From an uncultured Holophagae bacterium (GTDB taxonomy: Bacteria > Acidobacteriota > Thermoanaerobaculia > Thermoanaerobaculales > Sulfomarinibacteraceae), in the NCBI GenBank assembly GCA_963718055.1, contig CAVQXZ010000001.1, forward strand, positions 848,983-912,982: a stretch of 64,000 nt of DNA, in the 5' to 3' direction. Made by a program: the position numbers and the translations under genes. The stretch's first letter is position 1. Each line of letters begins with the position of its first letter. Below the pieces are notes generated by a model that saw only the letters and a list, made by a program, of their open reading frames with translations, ran no database searches and was not told where the DNA came from. Positions 56,977 to 64,000 of this stretch are shown here, one piece after another.

Positions 56977-57717
56977 ATGAGACCAGACGGCCGCCGGTCT
57001 GACCAGATCCGAGCCCCCCAGATCACGCCCGGGTTCATCCGCTACGCCGAGGGCAGCGTGCTGTGGCGCGCGGGCGACACCATGGTGCTGTGCAACGCAA
57101 GCTTCGACGACAAGACCGCGCCCTTCCTGCGCGGATCCGGCGAGGGTTGGGTGACCGCGGAGTACGCGATGCTGCCGCGCGCCACCGACACCCGTGGCGA
57201 CCGCAGGCCGTCGGGCCGGTCGCAGGAAATCCAGCGGCTGATCGGCCGCGCGCTGCGCGCTGCGGTGCGCCGCGACCGCATGGGCGAGCGCTCGATCATC
57301 GTCGACTGCGATGTGCTGCAGGCCGATGGGTCGACGCGTACCGCGAGCGTGTCGGGAGGCTGGGTGGCGCTGGTGCTCGCTCTGGCGCGTCTCCACGAGC
57401 AGGGCGTCATGCCGGAGTGGCCGCTCGCCGCGCAGGTCGCGGCGGTGGCGGTCGGGGTCATCGGCGGCGAGGCGCGGGCCGACCTCGACTACGGCGAGGA
57501 TTTCGACTGCGACGTCGACCTCAACCTGGTCTACACCGCCGGCGGCAGGCTGGTGGAGATCCAGGGCACGGCCGAGGGCCGCCCATTCACGCGCGGCGAG
57601 CTCGAGACGGTTCTCGAGGTCGGCTGGGCCGGCGCCCAGCAGGTCCTGGCCGCCCAGCGTGAGGTCGTCGCACCCCGCCTGGATGAGCTCGGCTTGAGCT
57701 TCCCCACGGACCGGTAG
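56977..57717 (+). CDS. rph: Ribonuclease PH
   Basis: MRPDGRRSDQIR, AEGSVL, GWVTAEYAMLPRAT, and QADGSTRTASVSGGWVAL. Confidence 0.95.
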   Translation: MRPDGRRSDQIRAPQITPGFIRYAEGSVLWRAGDTMVLCNASFDDKTAPFLRGSGEGWVTAEYAMLPRATDTRGDRRPSGRSQEIQRLIGRALRAAVRRDRMGERSIIVDCDVLQADGSTRTASVSGGWVALVLALARLHEQGVMPEWPLAAQVAAVAVGVIGGEARADLDYGEDFDCDVDLNLVYTAGGRLVEIQGTAEGRPFTRGELETVLEVGWAGAQQVLAAQREVVAPRLDELGLSFPTDR

Positions 57718-57828
57718 GAGCGTGTGGGGCACAGGCACCTGTGCGCGCTCCTGATGAGGCCGTTGTGGTTGGCCTTTGCCCCACACGCTCCTCGGGATGC
57801 GCTGCGCGCATCCTGACGATGGAGAGTC
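57715..57828 (+). repeat. Copy B of the structured repeat, starting at the rph TAG stop
   Basis: TAGGAGCGTGTGGGGCACAGGCACCTGTGCGCGCTCCTGATGAGGCCGTTGTGGTTGGCCTTTGCCCCACACGCTCCTCGGGATGCGCTGCGCGCATCCTGACG. It aligns over its full length with the reverse complement of 37891..37994. Confidence 0.75.
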
Positions 57829-58009
57829 GCTTCTATGATCGATGGTGGAAGGTGAGTTCCTGCCGCGTTACCTAAGAACGCGCGCCCTTTCGTCAGCTCC
57901 ACAGATGAGCTGCCCTGTCAGCACACCCCTCGAGCGCCCACCCCCGGGGCTTGCGTGCGTGCCACACGTCGCTTACCGGCCCTCGGCGGCTGTCGAATCG
58001 ACGAATAAG

Positions 58010-58040
58010 AACGTACGTGATTAGACTGGACGTACGTACG
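58010..58040 (+). promoter_or_regulatory. Candidate operator: duplicated ACGTACGT palindromes upstream of the second antitoxin-vapC operon
   Basis: AACGTACGTgattagactgGACGTACGTACG read directly, followed by TAAGAT (58045-58050) and GGTGGAGG before the start codon. Confidence 0.35.
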
Positions 58041-58066
58041 GGACTAAGATATGCTCACGGTGGAGG

Positions 58067-58294
58067 ATGGCCATGGTGCTGACCGCCTCAAAGCTGCGGG
58101 AGAACATCTACCAGATCCTGGACGAGGTCCTGGAGACCGGGTTGCCTGTGGAGGTCCGGCGCAAGGGCAGAATGGTGAGGATCGTTCCGGCCGAGGCGGT
58201 GCCCAAGCTATCGCGGCTGCCGCGCCGCGACTTTCTGCGGGTCGACCCTGAGGCGATCGTCCACCTCGACTGGTCGGGTGAGTGGCGGCCATGA
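58067..58294 (+). CDS. Type II antitoxin (Phd/YefM-like)
   Basis: MVLTASKLRENIYQILDEVLETGLPVEVRRKGRMVRIVP. ATG 58073 has better SD spacing than 58067. The stop overlaps the vapC ATG (ATGA). Confidence 0.75.
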   Translation: MAMVLTASKLRENIYQILDEVLETGLPVEVRRKGRMVRIVPAEAVPKLSRLPRRDFLRVDPEAIVHLDWSGEWRP

Positions 58295-58671
58295 TCTACC
58301 TCGACACGCACGTCGTCGCCTGGCTGTACTCCGGTGACCTGGGACTCCTGCCGGAGGGGGTTCGCGACCTGCTGGAAGGAGAGGAGCTCGTCATCTCGCC
58401 GATGGTGGAGCTCGAGCTGCAGTACCTGTACGAGTCGGGGCGCACGACCCAGCCCGGGCGAGTCGTTGTGGACGCCCTCGACGGGGAGATCGGTCTGTCG
58501 CGGTGCGGGCTGCCCTTCGGCCAGGTGGTCGCGGCAGCGCTGGACCAGGGCTGGACGCGGGACCCGTTCGACCGGGTCATCGTCGCGCAGGCGCGCGCGC
58601 GCCGGCTGCCGTTACTCACCAGGGATCAGACCATCCGGGACCACTACCGCGAGGCGATCTGGATCGACTGA
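58291..58671 (+). CDS. vapC: PIN-domain toxin (VapC family)
   Basis: MIYLDTHVVAWL, ISPMVELELQYL, TRDPFDRVIVAQA, and LLTRDQTI. Confidence 0.85.
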   Translation: MIYLDTHVVAWLYSGDLGLLPEGVRDLLEGEELVISPMVELELQYLYESGRTTQPGRVVVDALDGEIGLSRCGLPFGQVVAAALDQGWTRDPFDRVIVAQARARRLPLLTRDQTIRDHYREAIWID

Positions 58672-58699
58672 GGCGCGCCCAGCAGGGCGGGTGCGGATC

Positions 58700-58815
58700 C
58701 GGCTTCGTGCTCTGCACTACGCCGTGACGGGTCCGGCTTCCGGCTTCGCTCGCAGCTTCGCTGGGACACGTCGCCTTCCGGCACCGTCCCGCGGACTAGG
58801 CCGTGACAAGTCGCC
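58700..58815. repeat. Solo copy of the CGCCGTGAC / GGCTTCCGGCTTCGC repeat family seen at 32785..32986
   Basis: CTACGCCGTGACGGGTCCGGCTTCCGGCTTCGC ... GGCCGTGACAAGTCGCC shares several 10-16-nt words with the tRNA-Lys-adjacent array. It lies about 170 nt upstream of the tRNA cluster. Confidence 0.55.
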
Positions 58816-58986
58816 GGGATGAGAGCGGGCCAAGTGCGGCGCGTTCACCTTGGAGCTTCGGGCTTTACGCTCGCGAGACGTGGCCTTGAGCGGCGGCGCG
58901 CACGTTGACACCCCCGAGGCCCGAAACATATACTCACCCTTCGTTCGGAAGGGTCGGTCTTTGACACGTCGGAGCGGACGAGGCGT

Positions 58987-59063
<77 letters not shown>

Positions 59064-59087
59064 TCCCACCCCGAAGCGGAGAGCCAC

Positions 59088-59164
<77 letters not shown>

Positions 59165-59181
59165 GATGACGTCGCCGATGT

Positions 59182-59258
59182 GGTGGGCGTAGCTCAGTTG
59201 GTAGAGCACAGGATTGTGGCTCCTGTGGCCGTGGGTTCGATCCCCATCGCCCACCCCA
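59182..59258 (+). tRNA. tRNA-His (anticodon GTG) with G-1
   Basis: GGTGGGCGTAGCTCAGTTGGTAGAGCACAGGATTGTGGCTCCTGTGGCCGTGGGTTCGATCCCCATCGCCCACCCCA. The extra 5' G lies opposite C73. CCA is encoded. Confidence 0.93.
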
Positions 59259-59291
59259 GTTCTTTCGAAAGCCAGCCTCAGGCCACCATGT

Positions 59292-59368
59292 GCGCCCGTA
59301 GCTCAGATGGATAGAGCGTCAGACTCCGGATCTGAAGGTCGCTGGTTCGAATCCAGTCGGGCGTACCA
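59292..59368 (+). tRNA. tRNA-Arg (anticodon CCG)
   Basis: GCGCCCGTAGCTCAGATGGATAGAGCGTCAGACTCCGGATCTGAAGGTCGCTGGTTCGAATCCAGTCGGGCGTACCA. Anticodon loop CTCCGGA. CCA is encoded. Confidence 0.93.
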
Positions 59369-59379
59369 CTCTCCCCACA

Positions 59380-60561
59380 TCACGGGACCGCCGTGCTCCA
59401 GGCTGAGGTGTCGCCGGACTCGAAACCGTCGCTGAACAGAGGCAGCAGCTCGAGGGTGGCGCGCCGCGGCGGCAGCACCACCGGCCGGATGCCGTCATCC
59501 GCCGTGATCAGGAAGACGTCGACGCCGGGGAGGCCGGTCTCGGTCAGAGCCACCTCGTAGCTGCCGTCGCCCACATCGACGATGTCGCCGATGGTCGTGA
59601 CCTGGTCGCTCTCGGGCGCGTGCTCCACGTTGAAGGCCTGGACGCCGTGGCCGAGCAGCACGCCCTGCCAGTCCTTCAGCTCCACCCGCAGCGACCACTC
59701 ATTCCCTGGGTCGTCGATATCGGTGAAGGAGACCAGCGACGCGATGGCGTCGGGACGGCCCAGCAAGTCGAGGCGGGCGTCGTCGAACAGCGCCTGGAGC
59801 TGGAACACCGGATCGGGGGCCGAAGCTTGCTGGTAGGCGACGTTGAAGGCCATGAAGTAGTCGCCGTCGGCACAGCCGCCAGCATTGCAGACCGCGTCGT
59901 CAGTGTCTCCGAAGCGGGAGATCAGAATGTACCCGATGTGGGCGGATTTCTCGAAGCTGGGAGGCGGCGATCCACAGCCGGTCGGATTGCCAGGGTCGCA
60001 CGAGCAGCGGCCGTCGCCGCCCATGGAACGGGCTGCCTCCATGGCGGCCATCGTCCTCGCGGGAAGGTCCCCCGGCGTGTTGACGAAGGCGTCCTCGGCC
60101 AGGGTGATGACCGGGCTGCCCGTGAGCACATTTCCCTGGATCGCGTAGTGCACGCTGCCGATGCTCCCCACCACGCCCCCGGCGTACGCCCCGCAGCTCG
60201 CGCCGGTGTGGGTGGCCGACGTTCCGACCGTCGTCTCGGCGACGCCGTGCTGATGGAACTGGGAGGAGGGGAGGGCAATGAGCTGGGCGACGATCTCCTG
60301 CGCGGTCTGCCCGGCAAGGAAGCCGTTCCACATGATGAGGCGTCGCTGTCCCGTGCTGTCGACGTAGGACTGGGCAGCCCCGCCGCCCTTGCCGACGACG
60401 ATGGCCGGCGTCAACGCTCTGAGATCGTAAGAGGTCAGGCAGGTCGCCGAGGCGACCACGACCTCCTGGGTCTCCGCGTCGGCGGCCACGATCGACCAAG
60501 TCGCGCCAGCCGGTTGAGCAGCGAGCGCCGCGAGCGCCACGAACAGAGTCACCTGACGCAT
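59380..60561 (-). CDS. Secreted DUF1028-type Ntn-hydrolase-fold protein with an extra C-terminal domain and the tag
   Basis: ATG 60561 in ORF 59380..60675. Signal peptide MRQVTLFVALAALAAQPAGA, then TWSIVAAD (N-terminal Thr nucleophile pattern), GGGAAQSYV, and YAIQGNVLTG. Ends [25 protein letters not shown]. Confidence 0.75.
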   Translation of the reverse strand: MRQVTLFVALAALAAQPAGATWSIVAADAETQEVVVASATCLTSYDLRALTPAIVVGKGGGAAQSYVDSTGQRRLIMWNGFLAGQTAQEIVAQLIALPSSQFHQHGVAETTVGTSATHTGASCGAYAGGVVGSIGSVHYAIQGNVLTGSPVITLAEDAFVNTPGDLPARTMAAMEAARSMGGDGRCSCDPGNPTGCGSPPPSFEKSAHIGYILISRFGDTDDAVCNAGGCADGDYFMAFNVAYQQASAPDPVFQLQALFDDARLDLLGRPDAIASLVSFTDIDDPGNEWSLRVELKDWQGVLLGHGVQAFNVEHAPESDQVTTIGDIVDVGDGSYEVALTETGLPGVDVFLITADDGIRPVVLPPRRATLELLPLFSDGFESGDTSAWSTAVP

Positions 60562-60610
60562 CAGGCACCCCCCTGAGAATCTCGGGACGCGTTCCAGTCT
60601 GCCACAGCTG

Positions 60611-62491
60611 CTAAGGGAACGTCGCGCTCCAGGTCGAGGTGTCGCCGGACTCGAAGCCGTCAGCAAAGACGCCACATTCGCGGAAGATCTCCATACCGCC
60701 GGGACCGACGACGATCACCTGCCCCTCCGCGGTGACGACACCATAGGCTTCGCGCAATGTCTGAGCGAAACCGATCTCGGAGGGGCTCACGGGTGCGGAG
60801 ACGTCGATCACTCGAAGTCCGGCCGTGTTGGCGGCGACGTATGCGACGCTGCCGGCGACCGCCACTCCGTATGCGGTGTTCTGCCACGAGATCAGGCCCA
60901 CCTGGACGGGGTCGGCGGGGTCGGAGATGTCGATCACAACCAGGCCGTTTCCGCCGTCGGCGACATACGCGTACGCCCCGCTGACGGCCACTCCCCAGGC
61001 GAAACCTAGGGTGTCGGCGTATCCCACCTCGACCGGTGAAAACGGCTCGCTCACGTCGATCACCCGCAGGCCGTTCAGGTAGTCGGCGACGTAGGCGTAG
61101 CCACCCGAGACAACCACGTCCATAGCGATGTTCGGAGTGTCAACGGCGCCCACCTCGATCGGGTTTGCCGGAACCGAAACGTCGATCACTCGCAGGCCAG
61201 CAGGGCCTTCCGCAACGTACGCGTAGCTGCCGGAGACGGCCACGCCTCGGCTCTCGCCAGGCGTGCCGACGTAGGTCACCTCGAAGGGGATCGAAGGTGT
61301 CGAGACGTCGATCACCCGGAGGCCGGCCGTGAAGCCGGCGACGTACGCGTAGGCGCCGGAAACAGCCACGTCCTCGGCCCATCCAACGGTGTTGATGAAG
61401 CCCACCTCGATGGGGTCCTTGGGCGTCGAGACGTCGATCACGCGCAGGCCATCACTGCGATCTGCGACGTACGCAAAGCCGCCAGAGCTCGTCACATTGA
61501 CGCCAGCCCCCTTGGTGTCGAGGAAGCTCAGCTCGAATGGGTTGGCAGGCGCCGAGGTATCGACCACCCGCAGCCCGTCATCGCCGTCAGCGACCCAGGC
61601 GATGGACCCTGAGACCGTGACGCCGAACGCGATGGCCCCCATGTCCAGCCAGCCCACCTCGACCGGGTTCGAGGGCGTGGACACGTCGAAGACGTGCAGG
61701 CCGGAGGTGCCATCAGCGATGAAGGCGAGGCTACCCGCGACAGCGACTCCCCTGGCCAGGTCCGGTGTGCTGTGGGAACCCACCTCGACGGGAGCCGAGG
61801 GATTGGTCACGTCGATCACCCGCAGTCCGGCGTTACCGTCCGCGACGTAGGCGTGGCCGCCGGCGACAGCCACGCCTGCCGCCCATCCCGGGGTGTCGAC
61901 GAAACCCACCTCGGTCGGATTGGATGGCGAGGACACGTTGATCACGCGAAGGCCCCCGCTGTCGTAATCTGCGACATAAGCGAAACTCCCCGAGACAGTC
62001 ACGCCTTGGCTTGTCCCTGGGGTGTCGACGAAGCCCACCTCGATCGGCGATGACGGCACGCTCACGTCGATTACGCGCAGGCCGTCGTTGCCGGCTGCGA
62101 CATAGGCGTAGCTGCCGTCCGTGGCCACGCCAGTGGCGTAATCCGGTGTCTGGATCGAGCCCACCTCGATCGGTCTTCCTGGCGTCGCGATGTCGACGAT
62201 GTACAGGCCTGCATAGCCAACCGCGACGTAGGCGTAGCCGCCGGCAACGGCCACACCAGTGACGCTATTCGGAAGCTCGACGTGGCCGACATACCGTGGC
62301 GCCTCGGCGTCAGATACATCGGCGACGTGCAGCACGAAGCCGCCGCCGAAGTACGCGTAGCTGCCGGACACCTCCACTGCTTGGGCCTCCCCGTATGGCC
62401 ACCGGCCGACCGGCTCCGGGCAGTCGTCCGCAAAGGTCGGGACCGCACAGGCCACGACGAGACAGGCGGCGAACTCGGCGATTCGTGACAT
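60611..62491 (-). CDS. LVIVD-repeat protein (about 14 blades, likely a double propeller) with the C-terminal tag
   Basis: Signal peptide MSRIAEFAACLVVACAVPTFADDC. Repeated [39 protein letters not shown] units. Ends [25 protein letters not shown]. Confidence 0.9.
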   Translation of the reverse strand: MSRIAEFAACLVVACAVPTFADDCPEPVGRWPYGEAQAVEVSGSYAYFGGGFVLHVADVSDAEAPRYVGHVELPNSVTGVAVAGGYAYVAVGYAGLYIVDIATPGRPIEVGSIQTPDYATGVATDGSYAYVAAGNDGLRVIDVSVPSSPIEVGFVDTPGTSQGVTVSGSFAYVADYDSGGLRVINVSSPSNPTEVGFVDTPGWAAGVAVAGGHAYVADGNAGLRVIDVTNPSAPVEVGSHSTPDLARGVAVAGSLAFIADGTSGLHVFDVSTPSNPVEVGWLDMGAIAFGVTVSGSIAWVADGDDGLRVVDTSAPANPFELSFLDTKGAGVNVTSSGGFAYVADRSDGLRVIDVSTPKDPIEVGFINTVGWAEDVAVSGAYAYVAGFTAGLRVIDVSTPSIPFEVTYVGTPGESRGVAVSGSYAYVAEGPAGLRVIDVSVPANPIEVGAVDTPNIAMDVVVSGGYAYVADYLNGLRVIDVSEPFSPVEVGYADTLGFAWGVAVSGAYAYVADGGNGLVVIDISDPADPVQVGLISWQNTAYGVAVAGSVAYVAANTAGLRVIDVSAPVSPSEIGFAQTLREAYGVVTAEGQVIVVGPGGMEIFRECGVFADGFESGDTSTWSATFP

Positions 62492-62611
62492 CGAATGCTC
62501 TGGGTTCCAAGGTAATGGCTGCGGCGCCCGGTGTCCAGGCCCGCCGGGTCGCCTGGAACGACGGCTGGATGGGGGAGTCGCGCGGCGGCTGACCGGATAT
62601 CATGGACCGGC

Positions 62612-64000
62612 ATGTCGAAGTACGCCGGCACCTTCCTGATCGCCGCGGCCACCCTGGCGATCGAGATCAGCCTGATCCGCATCCTCAGCGTGGTCACCTG
62701 GTACTACCTCGCCTTCTTCGGGATCTCGCTGGCCATGGTGGGGATGACCGGCGGTGCGCTCGCCGTCTACTTCAGACCGGGGTGGTTCAAGGGGGCGGCC
62801 GGATCGGCTCACCTGGCACGAGCCTGCCTCCTGTTCGCGTGGATGACCCCCGTCGCGCTGCTCGTCGTCTGCTTCAATCCGCTGCTCGCGCGGCCGGACC
62901 TGCAGTTCTGGAGCCTGCTGATCACGGCCCTGGCCTGGACGGTTCCGTTCTTCCTTTCCGGCATCGCGATCTCGGGGGTGCTGACCCGGTCCGGCCTGCC
63001 AATCGGGGCGATCTACGGCGCCGACCTCTGCGGCGCGGCCTCGGGGTGTCTGTTGGTGCTGGCCGGCCTCGCCGTTGCCGACCCGATGTCCCTGGTGCTC
63101 GGTTGTGCTGCGGCCGGCGCCATGGCGGCGCTGGTTTACGGTCTGGGTGACGCCGCTGCGCGCATCGAGCGGAGGCTCGCGGCCGCGACAGCGCTGGTGC
63201 TCGCCGCCGGCGCAGTGCTCAATGCCGCTTCCGTCTCAGGGATCAGGCCGCATTACGTCAAGAACATCCGCGTCGATCTCACGGCCACAACCCTCGAGCG
63301 CTGGAACTCCTACTCGCAGGTCCGGATGGGCCCGCTCATCCGCGGCCTGACGCAGTCCTGGGGGCAGGGCGCCCGTACCCGCCCGTGGCGTGCCGACGCG
63401 GAGCTCTACAAGCTGACCATCGACGGCGCCGCCGCCACCTACATGCAGCGGATGCGCGGGCCGGACGACGTGGCGAATCTGCGGGACGACGTCACCAACT
63501 TCGGGCACCATCTCGGCCGCCGCGGGCTGGCGTGCATCGTCGGCGTCGGCGGCGGCCGCGACGTCCAGGCGGCGGTGCTCTTCGGTTACCCGAGGGTGCT
63601 CGGGATCGAGCTCAACTCGATCTTCATCGACCTGCTGACCGGGGACTATGCGGCCTTTGCGGGCCTCGCCGGCCGGCCGGACGTGGAGCTGGTCGCCGAC
63701 GAGGCGCGGAGCTTCCTGACCCGGACCGGCGAGCCGTGCACCTGGATCCAGATGTCCCTCATCGACACCTGGGCGGCGACGGCGGCCGGAGCCTTCAGCC
63801 TGTCCGAGAACGCGCTCTACACGATCGAGGCCTTCCGGATGCTGTACGGGAAGCTCGCCGATGACGGCATGCTGTCGGTCTCCCGTTGGTACCACGAGGA
63901 GCAGGAGTTCGAGACCATCCGCCTGATGGGCCTGGTGATGACGACGCTGCTCGAGTCCGGCGTGGGCGAGCCATCGAGGCACGTCCTGATCGTCCGCGGC
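62612..64000 (+). CDS. Polytopic membrane protein fused to a spermidine-synthase-like class I methyltransferase-fold domain (3' end beyond the window)
   Basis: The frame from ATG 62612 stays open to the window end, so it is not in the ORF track. MSKYAGTFLIAAATLAIEISLIRILSVVTWYYLAFFGISLAMVGMTGGA... is followed by several TM helices, then LACIVGVGGGRDVQAAVLFG (GxGxG-type), and DVELVADEARSFL...IQMSLIDTW. Confidence 0.6.
   Translation, partial: MSKYAGTFLIAAATLAIEISLIRILSVVTWYYLAFFGISLAMVGMTGGALAVYFRPGWFKGAAGSAHLARACLLFAWMTPVALLVVCFNPLLARPDLQFWSLLITALAWTVPFFLSGIAISGVLTRSGLPIGAIYGADLCGAASGCLLVLAGLAVADPMSLVLGCAAAGAMAALVYGLGDAAARIERRLAAATALVLAAGAVLNAASVSGIRPHYVKNIRVDLTATTLERWNSYSQVRMGPLIRGLTQSWGQGARTRPWRADAELYKLTIDGAAATYMQRMRGPDDVANLRDDVTNFGHHLGRRGLACIVGVGGGRDVQAAVLFGYPRVLGIELNSIFIDLLTGDYAAFAGLAGRPDVELVADEARSFLTRTGEPCTWIQMSLIDTWAATAAGAFSLSENALYTIEAFRMLYGKLADDGMLSVSRWYHEEQEFETIRLMGLVMTTLLESGVGEPSRHVLIVRG

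Overview
GC-rich bacterial chromosomal window; the phylum cannot be fixed from sequence alone. The housekeeping backbone I can read directly:
- an 11-gene NADH-quinone oxidoreductase operon (nuoA-B-C-D-H-I-J-K-L-M-N, with no nuoE/F/G), translationally coupled to atpZ-atpI-atpB-atpE
- purA, sodB, murI, rph, a cell-wall amidase, comM/yifB, tmRNA, and five tRNAs (Lys; then Pro-Arg-His-Arg)
- a trkH-trkA K+ uptake pair, a MacAB-type ABC efflux set, an ECF sigma factor, two VapC/antitoxin pairs, and three SPFH proteins

The most striking signal is a roughly 20-residue peptide at the extreme C-terminus, consensus [24 protein letters not shown]. It ends at least eight otherwise unrelated proteins that carry Sec-type signal peptides: a giant propeller/FN3 protein, a PA-domain protein, a beta-helix protein, a DUF1028 Ntn-hydrolase, three LVIVD-repeat propellers and one protein of unknown fold. 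The peptide is conserved at the amino-acid level despite synonymous codon changes. It has no hydrophobic anchor, so it looks like a sorting, secretion or docking tag of a type I do not recognise.

Other notable points:
- an orphan HEAT-repeat::PilT fusion coupled to a second PilT
- a structured repeat family (about 105-130 nt) that begins exactly at the TAG stop codons of four genes
- REP-like GTAG hairpin clusters
- an iteron-like tandem array beside tRNA-Lys
- an 11-G tract that interrupts one LVIVD gene

There are many single-base frame disruptions in conserved genes: nuoC, nuoL, nuoM (four), nuoN, atpZ, comM, trkH, one SPFH gene and the GerMN gene. These most likely reflect consensus indel errors and must be considered before calling pseudogenes. 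All calls are from reading the sequence and ORF translations by eye; no database search was possible.
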